Source of the DNA: a virus
DNA length: 64,000 nt
Virus record (IMG/VR): IMGVR_UViG_3300042878_001497
Span: 96,001-160,000 of that record
Direction: 5' to 3' (one strand)
Shown: positions 54,576 to 63,467 of the stretch, one piece after another
Position numbering within the stretch: the first letter of the stretch is position 1
Layout of the letters: each line of letters opens with the position of its first letter
Position numbers and translations under genes: made by a program
The notes under the pieces: generated by a model
The model's input: the letters and a program-made list of their open reading frames with translations, nothing else
Told to the model about the DNA's origin: nothing
The model's database searches: none

Positions 54576-54920
54576 ATGCAAAAATTACAATCAATAGTTA
54601 CTCTTATAGCAATCGCAATTGCTATATTAGCAATGACCGGAGTTTTAAATCCGTACAAGAAAAAATACCTGACCGAACTAAAGGCTCAAGAAGAAGCTAG
54701 CCAAGCCAAAGTAGATACTCTGCAATCAGAGATCTTTATGCTGGAAGTAGAAAATGCAATCTTAGAAGAGAGAACAGATTCTGTGCTAGTAGTTCTAGGA
54801 ACTTCAGAAACCAAACGTAAACAAGAAAGAGATGCACACAATCGTAAAATGGCTGAGCTTGGTAAGCTTTCTAATGCTGAGCTTGCCCGCTACTTCGCAG
54901 AGCGTTACAATCGTAAATAA
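54576..54920 (+). CDS. membrane-anchored coiled-coil protein (i-spanin-like)
   Basis: N-terminal transmembrane helix and coiled coil; overlaps the next gene by 89 nt. Confidence 0.5.
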   Translation: MQKLQSIVTLIAIAIAILAMTGVLNPYKKKYLTELKAQEEASQAKVDTLQSEIFMLEVENAILEERTDSVLVVLGTSETKRKQERDAHNRKMAELGKLSNAELARYFAERYNRK

Positions 54921-55251
54921 CGACACCCTAATCTGCCTGCCAGATTCAATTGCTAGAAAAGTTATCGCTGATCTAGAGGAAGGAGACTTATGTCAAAGAG
55001 AGCTTCTAAGCTACAAAAAAGACGTTGAAAGCTACCTTACTCTAATCGGTATTAAAGAAGAAGAAATTACAAACTTTAAAACTATTGTGACTAAGAAAGA
55101 CGGCATTATTACCGAACTTAATGTACAATTAGGAATTAAAGAAAAAGAAATCGCAGTACTAAAGACCGGCAAAGCCGCTAACTACTGGAAAGGGTTATTC
55201 ACCGGACTAGGAGCAGGTGCAGGCCTAGTACTGGTATTAACATTGTTATGA
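54832..55251 (+). CDS. secreted/membrane coiled-coil protein (spanin-partner-like)
   Basis: Signal-peptide-like N-terminus, coiled coil, C-terminal transmembrane helix. Confidence 0.45.
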   Translation: MHTIVKWLSLVSFLMLSLPATSQSVTIVNNDTLICLPDSIARKVIADLEEGDLCQRELLSYKKDVESYLTLIGIKEEEITNFKTIVTKKDGIITELNVQLGIKEKEIAVLKTGKAANYWKGLFTGLGAGAGLVLVLTLL

Positions 55252-56828
55252 GTGAACAACCAGTAAATGTCAAACAGCTAGTAATTCAAGAATACGCAAA
55301 GTGTGCCCAAGACCCGGCATACTTCATGCGTAAATATTGTTATATTCAGCACCCTACCCGAGGTAGAATCCTATTCAATCTCTACCCATTCCAGGATAAG
55401 GTTTTACACCTTTTTAGAGATAATCAGTTCCTGATTACGCTAAAATCTAGACAGCTTGGTATCTCAACCCTAGCATCAGGGTATGCTCTGTGGTTGATGC
55501 TGTTTCACAAAGACAAGAACGTCCTTGCGCTTGCAACCACCCAATCTACTGCTAGAAATCTAGTAACTAAAGTACAGTTTATGTACGATCAGCTACCAAG
55601 CTGGCTGAGACTAAAATCAGTAGAAAAGAACAAACTATCCCTACGTCTCACCAACGGGTCAAGGATCTCAGCTAAATCATCTAATTCAGATGCTGCTCGA
55701 TCGGAAGCTGTATCTCTGCTTTTAATTGATGAAGCTGCATTCATTGAGAACATCGACGAGACGTTCGCAGCAGCCCAACAAACCCTAGCAACAGGAGGTC
55801 AGTGTATGGCACTATCTACTCCTAACGGTGTAGGTAACTGGTTCCATCAAACCTGGGTAAAAGCAGAAACAAGAGAGAATTCTTTTATACCTGTTAAGCT
55901 ACCTTGGACCGTTCACCCGGAAAGAACCCAAGCCTGGAGAGATCAGCAGGATGCTGACCTAGGGCCTAGAATGGCAGCACAGGAATGTGACTGTGACTTC
56001 CTTGCATCCGGTGAGACAGTATTTGAGCCTGAATATCTTTCATTCTACGAACAGACTTACCAGAAGGACCCTAGCGAAAAAAGAGGAGTTGATAGCAACT
56101 TATGGATCTGGGAATATCCCGACTATACAAAGTCATACATGGTTGTGGCTGACGTAGCAAGAGGGGACGGAGCCGACTACTCTACCTTCCATATCATGGA
56201 CGTTGAAGGGGCTACGCAAATCGGAGAGTATAGAAGCAAGGTATCTCCTAGGGATTTCGGTAACATTTTAGTAGGAATAGCCTCAGAATACAACAACGCC
56301 CTACTAGTAGTAGAAAATGCTTCAATGGGATGGGCTACAATCGAGCAGATCCTAGAAAGAGAATATCCAAACCTTTATTATTCATCCAGATCAGACCAGG
56401 ATACGGTTGAGAGTTATATGACAAAGTATGAGCGGGGTAATCTAGTACCTGGCTTTACCATGTCTATGAAGACTCGTCCCCTGGTTATCGCCAAGATGAT
56501 GGAATATATCCGAGATAAATCAGTAACCATTCAGTCAAAAAGGTTGCTGGAAGAGATGAGAGTATTTGTTTGGAAGAATGGAAAGGCTCAAGCACAGAAT
56601 GGCTACAACGATGATCTTATTATAGCTTTCGCTACCTCATTATACGTTAGAGATACAGCTCTAAGACTAAGACAACAGGGTATGGACCTGGCTAGAGCAC
56701 AGCTATCTTCGTTTTCTAGTCTAAATAATCGTCAGGCTCCCGTGTATAATGTTGGAAATATGCAAAATAACCCGTATATTATGGATACTCCGTACGGAAA
56801 AGAGGACATCTCTTGGTTACTCCGCTAG
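55248..56828 (+). CDS. terminase large subunit (gp17-like)
   Basis: KSRQLGIST Walker A, LLIDEAAF Walker B, LSTPNG, ADVARG, NDDL. Confidence 0.96.
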   Translation: MSEQPVNVKQLVIQEYAKCAQDPAYFMRKYCYIQHPTRGRILFNLYPFQDKVLHLFRDNQFLITLKSRQLGISTLASGYALWLMLFHKDKNVLALATTQSTARNLVTKVQFMYDQLPSWLRLKSVEKNKLSLRLTNGSRISAKSSNSDAARSEAVSLLLIDEAAFIENIDETFAAAQQTLATGGQCMALSTPNGVGNWFHQTWVKAETRENSFIPVKLPWTVHPERTQAWRDQQDADLGPRMAAQECDCDFLASGETVFEPEYLSFYEQTYQKDPSEKRGVDSNLWIWEYPDYTKSYMVVADVARGDGADYSTFHIMDVEGATQIGEYRSKVSPRDFGNILVGIASEYNNALLVVENASMGWATIEQILEREYPNLYYSSRSDQDTVESYMTKYERGNLVPGFTMSMKTRPLVIAKMMEYIRDKSVTIQSKRLLEEMRVFVWKNGKAQAQNGYNDDLIIAFATSLYVRDTALRLRQQGMDLARAQLSSFSSLNNRQAPVYNVGNMQNNPYIMDTPYGKEDISWLLR

Positions 56829-56855
56829 GACTATTTATATTTAAACTGCTTTTAC

Positions 56856-58733
56856 ATGGCTGATACTTCATTATTTAGTAGATTACAGAGACTTTTCTCT
56901 ACCGACGTAGTTATTCGCAACGTTGGCGGTAATCAGCTCAAGATAGCAGACGTAAACCACATTCAGAGCACCGGTCGATACGAGACTAACTCGTTGGTTG
57001 ACCGTTTCTCTCGTCTTTACATCTACAATAATAAGAACATTTTTAATCCGAACCTTAACTACCAGACGTTAAGGATTCAACTTTACTCGGATTACGAAGC
57101 AATGGACTCTGATCCAATCATCGCTTCAGCACTTGATATCCTAGCCGACGAAGCTACCCTGAGAAATGATATGGGGGATGTACTTACAGTTAAGACATCG
57201 GACGAGAACATTAAGAAGATCTTAAATAACTTATTTTACGACGTACTTAATATCGAGTTCAATCTTTGGTCTTGGACTCGTAATATGTGTAAGTATGGTG
57301 ATTTCTTCCTTAAGCTAGAGATTGCAGAAACATTCGGTGTTTACAACGTACTGCCGTATACAGTCTACAGTATGGTACGCCATGAGAGTCAGGATCCTAA
57401 CGCTCCTGCTAAGGTAACCTTTACCATCGACCCAGATGGAATCGCTTCATCTACCGATCCTAACTACATTCCTAGACATAAGGATAAAGTAATTCAGCTA
57501 GATAACTACGAAGTAGCACACTTCCGTCTTTTATCTGATACTAACTTCCTTCCTTACGGACGTTCTTACCTAGAGCCTGCTAGAAAAGTATACAAGCAGT
57601 TGATACTAATGGAAGATGCGATGCTGATTCACCGCATCATGAGAGCTCCTGAGAAGAGAACTTTCTATGTCAACGTTGGTAACGTACCACCAAACGAGGT
57701 TGAGCAGTTCATGCAGAAGACTATCAACCAGATGAAGAAAACTCCTTATGTAGATCCTCAAACCGGTCAATACAACCTGCGTTTCAATATGCAGAACATG
57801 ATCGAGGACTTCTACATCCCTGTTCGTGGAGGAGATACTTCAACTAGAATCGAAACAACTAAAGGACTTGAGTACGACGGCACCAACGACGTCGCTTACT
57901 TAAGAGATAAAATGTTTGCTGCCCTTAAAGTACCTAAAGCGTACTTTGGATACGAAGGAGATCTTCAAGGTAAAGCAACTCTAGCTGCAGAAGATATTCG
58001 TTTTGCAAGAACAATCGAAAGAATCCAGCGCATCATCGAATCAGAGCTTACTAAGATTGCTCTTATTCACTTATACACCCAGGGCTACAAGGGTGAAAGC
58101 TTAACAAACTTTGAACTTAAGCTTACAACTCCTTCTATCATTTACGAACAGGAGAAAGTTGCCCTTCTAAAAGAGAAGATCGACCTAGCAAGCCAGATGA
58201 TGGACAGTAAGTTATTCTCTTCTGACTACATCTACGAAAACATCTTTAACCTATCTGAAGATCAGTACAACGAAATGCGCGATCTTATCAGAGAAGATAG
58301 TAAGAGAACCTTCCGTGCAACTCAAATTGAGAACGAAGGCAATGACCCAGCTAAATCAGGTATATCTTACGGAACTCCTCACGACCTTGCTTCGATGTAC
58401 GGTAGAAGAGGATCAGATTCACAAAAAGTACCTGTTGGTTACGATGAACTAGTAGGTGAGCCTAACCCGGAAGGTCGCCCTAGAACCAATATCTCTATCT
58501 ACGGAACTCAAGAAGATCCGTTAGGCAGAGACAGACTTGGACAACATGATATGAAAGGAGGCTACGAATCTCAGAATGACAAACTGAAGGAAGGCAGTCT
58601 CGCTACTAGAGCAGTGTTCTATCAAAATCAGGATCTATTCAAAGAGCGTAAAAAGCTAATCTTTGAACAGGACCATACTGCAGAATCCAGCACACTACTG
58701 GATGAAAGCAATATTAAGGATTTAGATAAGTAA
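56856..58733 (+). CDS. portal protein (gp20-like)
   Basis: YGRSYLE, LMEDAMLIHRIMRAPEKRTFYVNVGN, EDFYIPVRG, ALKVPK. Confidence 0.95.
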   Translation: MADTSLFSRLQRLFSTDVVIRNVGGNQLKIADVNHIQSTGRYETNSLVDRFSRLYIYNNKNIFNPNLNYQTLRIQLYSDYEAMDSDPIIASALDILADEATLRNDMGDVLTVKTSDENIKKILNNLFYDVLNIEFNLWSWTRNMCKYGDFFLKLEIAETFGVYNVLPYTVYSMVRHESQDPNAPAKVTFTIDPDGIASSTDPNYIPRHKDKVIQLDNYEVAHFRLLSDTNFLPYGRSYLEPARKVYKQLILMEDAMLIHRIMRAPEKRTFYVNVGNVPPNEVEQFMQKTINQMKKTPYVDPQTGQYNLRFNMQNMIEDFYIPVRGGDTSTRIETTKGLEYDGTNDVAYLRDKMFAALKVPKAYFGYEGDLQGKATLAAEDIRFARTIERIQRIIESELTKIALIHLYTQGYKGESLTNFELKLTTPSIIYEQEKVALLKEKIDLASQMMDSKLFSSDYIYENIFNLSEDQYNEMRDLIREDSKRTFRATQIENEGNDPAKSGISYGTPHDLASMYGRRGSDSQKVPVGYDELVGEPNPEGRPRTNISIYGTQEDPLGRDRLGQHDMKGGYESQNDKLKEGSLATRAVFYQNQDLFKERKKLIFEQDHTAESSTLLDESNIKDLDK

Positions 58734-58764
58734 CATATATTTATATTAGTAGAATTACATACTC

Positions 58765-59619
58765 ATGAAAATTAAGCATTCAAAGTATAAAAACACTGGC
58801 CTTATTTTTGAGCTATTGGTAAAGCAGATCGCTGCCGATACTCTATCGAGGAAAGACTCCCCGGCAGTGAAGGTACTCAAGAAGTTCTACACAGGAAAGA
58901 CATCGCTAGTTAGAGAATTTAAACTCTACGAATACATCCTTAAGAACAAAGGAGTATCCCAGCCCAAAGCCGACACCATCGTCTCCACTATCATCGAGAT
59001 CTCTAACAAGTTAGATAGAACTGCTATCAAGAAGCAGAAGTACGATCTTATCAAAGAGATTAAAGAGTCTTACGACCTAGAGGAGTTCTTCTCTATGAAG
59101 GTCCGGGACTATAAGCCGTTAGCTGCTCTGTACTGCTTGATGGAGACTCAAAGCTCTGAAGATCTCGCTGATCCTAAGTTCATCGTCGATAACAGAGTTA
59201 CTATTCTAGAGCACTTGACTGCTAAGAAGCAAAATGAGGTTGACGTAAAAGATGCACTAATTGAAGAGTACGCAAAATACGATAAGGACTTAAGACTCCT
59301 TACCTACAGAATTCTACTTGAGAAGTTTAACGGCGAGTACGAAAACTTCCTACCTGAGCAGAAAGCAATCCTTAGAGAGTTTATCACAGCTTCTGAATCT
59401 CAGGTTAAGTTAAGAAATATGATCAACGAAGAATTAGAGAAGATCTCTAAAGAAGTTGAAACTTTGAAGGCTAAAGTAAACGACGAGATTGTAAAAATCA
59501 AGCTTGACGAAGTACATAAGATTATCAAACCTTTAGATAAGAAGACTCGTATCGACGATAATCATATTGTTAATTTGTTGCAATACTACGAATTAGTAAA
59601 TGAGTTAAAGTCAATATGA
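58765..59619 (+). CDS. head-module hypothetical protein
   Basis: Between portal and protease; late motif upstream. Confidence 0.7.
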   Translation: MKIKHSKYKNTGLIFELLVKQIAADTLSRKDSPAVKVLKKFYTGKTSLVREFKLYEYILKNKGVSQPKADTIVSTIIEISNKLDRTAIKKQKYDLIKEIKESYDLEEFFSMKVRDYKPLAALYCLMETQSSEDLADPKFIVDNRVTILEHLTAKKQNEVDVKDALIEEYAKYDKDLRLLTYRILLEKFNGEYENFLPEQKAILREFITASESQVKLRNMINEELEKISKEVETLKAKVNDEIVKIKLDEVHKIIKPLDKKTRIDDNHIVNLLQYYELVNELKSI

Positions 59620-59834
59620 AAAAGAGCGAATTCATCGAAGTACTAAGAGAGCTCATTCAACAGGAGCTCAACGAGGTGAACGTAACAGGAGCTATTGCAC
59701 CTATCACAACTCCTTTCGCTTTTTCAAAAGGAAAAAAAGACAACAGAGCCGTTAAGACAATGAAGGGCTTTGGTTACACTAAAGCAGAAAGACCAAAGAG
59801 ACCCTCACACACTAAAATGTTTGATTTCAAATGA
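59616..59834 (+). CDS. small head-module protein with LxE leader
   Basis: Begins MKKSEFIEVLRELIQQELNEV. Confidence 0.7.
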   Translation: MKKSEFIEVLRELIQQELNEVNVTGAIAPITTPFAFSKGKKDNRAVKTMKGFGYTKAERPKRPSHTKMFDFK

Positions 59835-60691
59835 GAACACTACAGGAAAAATATAATGCTGTTCTAGAAGGAAACTTCTCAAAAGAGCAATTTAGGAGAG
59901 ATGCAGTTATGCAGCTTCCTAACGTTGTTTCTAAGTTTAACAGCTTTGAAGATATGACAGCCATCCTCAAGAACAGAGGTATGATTGCTGAAGCTAAAAA
60001 AGAAGAAGTAACAGCCTACAAAAAGCCAGAAGTAGATCCTATCGATTTAATTGCCCCGGACCTTTTAGATGACGGCATCAGAGCTGAACTAGAAGCTAAG
60101 GGCATCGAAGGAACTCCTTCTGAAGAAGAGTACACAAAAGCAAAAGAGAAAGCAGCTAAGAATCTAGCAAAAGATCCTCTTCATTATAAGAATGCCCAGA
60201 CCATGCCTGAGATGGGTGAGAAAATGGAGAAAGCAAAGCTTCAAGAAGGTGACACTCAAAATACTTTCTTAAGAGACCGTGAAAGACTAAGAGATGAACT
60301 TTCAGACAAGGAAGTAGCTGCTGCAGTAGCAGATGAGCCTAACAATGTAGGTAAAGCATTCAGAGATATGGTAATGCAAGAGCCTGAGACGTATGTGAAA
60401 ATGTCTAAAGACGAGCTTATTGCTGCTTTCAAAGACTACAAAGAGAACTACTACATCGATCAAGAAGCTCAAGAGCGAATGGATGCTATTGCAGGTCAGC
60501 CTGACTTCCAAGAAGGAGCAGAAGACGTTAATGTAGATGATTTTGAAGCTAACAGAACCAATACTAGAGATTTCGCTTCAAGCCATCCAAAAAAGAAAGA
60601 CGACGGCACTTACGACATCAAAGACATAATGAAAGAAGCCCAGCTCAAAGAAGCAGTAAAGGCTTTAATTAAGAAGACTCTAGAATCATAA
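59831..60691 (+). CDS. head-module (core/internal) protein
   Basis: Many L/I-x-E sites (LQEK, IAEA, LQEG, LKEA); AAKNLAKDPLHY. Confidence 0.65.
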   Translation: MRTLQEKYNAVLEGNFSKEQFRRDAVMQLPNVVSKFNSFEDMTAILKNRGMIAEAKKEEVTAYKKPEVDPIDLIAPDLLDDGIRAELEAKGIEGTPSEEEYTKAKEKAAKNLAKDPLHYKNAQTMPEMGEKMEKAKLQEGDTQNTFLRDRERLRDELSDKEVAAAVADEPNNVGKAFRDMVMQEPETYVKMSKDELIAAFKDYKENYYIDQEAQERMDAIAGQPDFQEGAEDVNVDDFEANRTNTRDFASSHPKKKDDGTYDIKDIMKEAQLKEAVKALIKKTLES

Positions 60692-60693
60692 TC

Positions 60694-61272
60694 ATGGCAA
60701 ATCTCTTAATTGAATATACCCCCTTCCGTCCTACGATCACCGAGTCCGTCAAAAGACCCGGTATCTTTGAGGTGACAGGTGTTATGCAGAGAGCCGGAAA
60801 GAAGAACCAAAACGGAAGAATCTACGAAAGAGCTATCCTCGATAGAGAGGTTAAGAAGTACATGGAAGCTTTCGTTAAAGTAGGTAACGCATACGGTGAA
60901 CTAGATCACCCAGAATCTCCAATTGTATCACTAAAGAATGCTTCACACGTTGTGAAGGATTTATGGTGGGATGGAGATGATCTAATGGGTAAGGTTGAGC
61001 TACTCAACACCCCGGCCGGTAACATCGTAAAAGAAATCATCAAAGGCGGACACACAATCGGTATCTCTTCTAGAGGTACAGGTTCAGTCCAGCCAATTGG
61101 TGAGAACACCCTAATGGTTAAAGACGATTTTGAATTGGTGTGCTGGGATTTCGTATCGAATCCTTCTACACACGGAGCATTTCTAAACCCCGTCTCTTTA
61201 AATGAAACAAAGCAAGTTGTAGACCGCTACAGCAAGCTTCATAACATTATCGGAGACATTTTAAGAGCATAA
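60694..61272 (+). CDS. prohead protease (gp21-like)
   Basis: NQNGRIY, GELDHP, GISSRGTGS, WDFVSNPSTHGA. Confidence 0.95.
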   Translation: MANLLIEYTPFRPTITESVKRPGIFEVTGVMQRAGKKNQNGRIYERAILDREVKKYMEAFVKVGNAYGELDHPESPIVSLKNASHVVKDLWWDGDDLMGKVELLNTPAGNIVKEIIKGGHTIGISSRGTGSVQPIGENTLMVKDDFELVCWDFVSNPSTHGAFLNPVSLNETKQVVDRYSKLHNIIGDILRA

Positions 61273-61295
61273 AACTAAAAAAAAAGTAAAAGAAG

Positions 61296-61592
61296 ATGGA
61301 AAACTTTGATTTAAAAAAATTCTTAGTAGAGAATAAGCTTACTGATAATTCTAAGGAATTATTAGAATATGATATTAAATCGACCGGTGAGGAAGAAATT
61401 ATCTACGAAGTAGAGGTACTTGATGAAGACGGTAAAATAAAGTCCTATACTAAACTTAGCGCCGAGAAGTTTGACCTGTACATAAAAAATAGCCCCCTAC
61501 CAGTAACAATCAAATTCAAAAACAGAACAGTAAGAGCTGTTACGAAAATCACAGGAGTCACTGACGATATGGGTCGTCCGATGAACCTATAG
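61296..61592 (+). CDS. late protein with MENFDLKKFLVE leader
   Basis: 98 aa; LVE and LLE sites near the N-terminus. Confidence 0.7.
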   Translation: MENFDLKKFLVENKLTDNSKELLEYDIKSTGEEEIIYEVEVLDEDGKIKSYTKLSAEKFDLYIKNSPLPVTIKFKNRTVRAVTKITGVTDDMGRPMNL

Positions 61593-61625
61593 TAAACCCA
61601 AACCCTAATTTTAATTATATTTGTT

Positions 61626-61799
61626 ATGACATCACAAGAGTTATTCGAAAAAATTGATGCCCTGTACCAGGAATTCGTTTCTAATCACAACAAAGAGACT
61701 AAGGCCGCTAAAGCAAGAGCCCGTAAGAATCTAGGAGAGATTAAAAAACTTGTTACCGAATACAGAAAAGTTTCAACTGCTGAAAGTAAGGCAAAGTAA
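61626..61799 (+). CDS. histone H1-like (Hc1-type) small basic protein (57 aa, not in ORF track)
   Basis: MTSQELFEKID...KAAKARARKNLGEIKKLVTEYRKVS. Confidence 0.7.
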   Translation: MTSQELFEKIDALYQEFVSNHNKETKAAKARARKNLGEIKKLVTEYRKVSTAESKAK

Positions 61800-61921
61800 T
61801 GGCAAAGTCAGCCAAGAGAAGACAAGCCGCTTTCAAGCCCTTAAGTAGAAAATCTCAGGTTAAATTCAAAAAAAGAATGCAGACCAATAACGAGATCTTA
61901 AGCAAGTTAGAAGCTAAATAA
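61799..61921 (+). CDS. 40 aa basic peptide (not in ORF track)
   Basis: MAKSAKRRQAAFKPLSRKSQVKFKKRMQTNNEILSKLEAK; TAATG overlap. Confidence 0.55.
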   Translation: MAKSAKRRQAAFKPLSRKSQVKFKKRMQTNNEILSKLEAK

Positions 61922-61946
61922 AACTCCCTCGGGCGCTACCTTGGGC

Positions 61947-61980
61947 ACCTCGGTCGAAAGGCCGGGGTTTTTTTGTTTTT
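61947..61980 (+). terminator. intrinsic terminator
   Basis: ACCTCGGTC-GAAA-GGCCGGGGT followed by a T tract. Confidence 0.85.
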
Positions 61981-62094
61981 GTAACTCATATGTATTTATA
62001 TACGAATATATCGTCACAGATACGATATCGAATGTAAACAAACTACATTACACCCCCACAAATTTAATGGGTGTACAAATCCAAAGTTAACAAC

Positions 62095-63450
62095 ATGGCT
62101 AACAAAGATTTATTTAAGCAGGCTATTGCCGATGCTAAGTCTATTCGTGAAGCTGCCATTGCTAATGCTAAACTTGCTTTGGAAGAGTCTCTAACTCCTC
62201 AATTGAAAGAGCTTCTAGCTCAACGTCTCGCTGAGATGGAAGAAGAGGAAGCACCTGCCGCTGTAATTTCTGAAGAAGAAGTAACAGAGGAAGTAGCTGA
62301 AGAGTCTCTTGAAGAAGCAATCGGACCAGACGGCCTACGGGCTGTTGCCGAAGCAGAAGAAGAAGGCGCTGAAGAAGAAGGCGAAGAAGAAGGTGAAGAA
62401 GCTGGCGAAGAAGCCGAGGGTGACTCTGAAGAATCAGAGGACGAGGCAGAAGAAGAGGTTGGTGAGATGAGCGTTGATGACCTTAAGGACTTAATCCGCG
62501 ACGTACTTATGCAAGTAATGGGCGACAAGGAAGCAGGACAAGAGGACGAACTAGAGGCTGGTGCTGAGGAAATGGGTGCTGAAGATATGACCGCTGTAAC
62601 TGATACAGAGATCAATATCGACGAACTTATGGCCGAGCTAGCTCTTATCAATGACCCAGAAGGACCTACAGCACACGGTAACATTCCGGAGGCTAAGAAA
62701 GAAGCAGATCCACTTGCTGAAGCTGCAGTAAACGAATTAATGGGCTACCTAAAAGCCGAAGTTAAGCAGACTGTAGGTGCTTTTGCTGAACGCAAAGGTA
62801 TGACTCTACAAGAGGTGATGACGGAGATGGCTAAGTACGGTGCATCCGTTGATATGAAAGAAGTTGCTAAGATGCTTGAAGCTGCTCACGGATTAGGTGA
62901 GGCTGCTTGCAACAGAGTAATGGAAAGACTTATCACAACTCCTGTAGCTACTGCTCCCGCAATGGAAGAAAGCGCTGAGGATGTAATTGAAAAAATTAAA
63001 AGTATGGGCAAAGACGCTGCTAAAGCAGTCGTTAAAGCAGTTACTGATTTTATTGACTACACACCACTTGATCCAAGAAACCGATACGAAAGCGCTGACA
63101 TACAGGAAGCTCTATCTACCATCGAAACTCTCCGTAACGAATTAAACGAGACTAACTTGCTTAACGCTAAGTTACTCTACGTAAACAAAGTGTTCAAGGC
63201 TAACAACTTGACTGAAGGTCAGAAAGCAAACGTAATCGCTACTTTCGATAAGGCTGAAACAGTTAAGGAAGTTAAGCTAGTATACGAAACAGTTAGTAAC
63301 AACGTTACTGCTGGAGGTAAGAAAGAAGTAGTGAAGGAAGCCAAGGGCTTTGCTTCAGCTGCTGCAGGAATCTCTACCAAGCCAGAAGTAATCACTGAAA
63401 CTAATGCGGCTGTACTGCGTATGCAAAAACTTGCAGGTATTATTAAATAA
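62095..63450 (+). CDS. prohead scaffold/core protein (gp22-like)
   Basis: Acidic coiled coil between protease and capsid genes; many LxE sites; ends MQKLAGI. ATG at 62095 preferred over GTG at 62071. Confidence 0.85.
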   Translation: MANKDLFKQAIADAKSIREAAIANAKLALEESLTPQLKELLAQRLAEMEEEEAPAAVISEEEVTEEVAEESLEEAIGPDGLRAVAEAEEEGAEEEGEEEGEEAGEEAEGDSEESEDEAEEEVGEMSVDDLKDLIRDVLMQVMGDKEAGQEDELEAGAEEMGAEDMTAVTDTEINIDELMAELALINDPEGPTAHGNIPEAKKEADPLAEAAVNELMGYLKAEVKQTVGAFAERKGMTLQEVMTEMAKYGASVDMKEVAKMLEAAHGLGEAACNRVMERLITTPVATAPAMEESAEDVIEKIKSMGKDAAKAVVKAVTDFIDYTPLDPRNRYESADIQEALSTIETLRNELNETNLLNAKLLYVNKVFKANNLTEGQKANVIATFDKAETVKEVKLVYETVSNNVTAGGKKEVVKEAKGFASAAAGISTKPEVITETNAAVLRMQKLAGIIK

Positions 63451-63467
63451 AAACCCAAATTTCAAAC

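Noticed and set aside
55248-58733. Introns or inteins in terminase or portal
   Set aside because: Both ORFs are continuous, of ordinary length, and lack intein boundary motifs.
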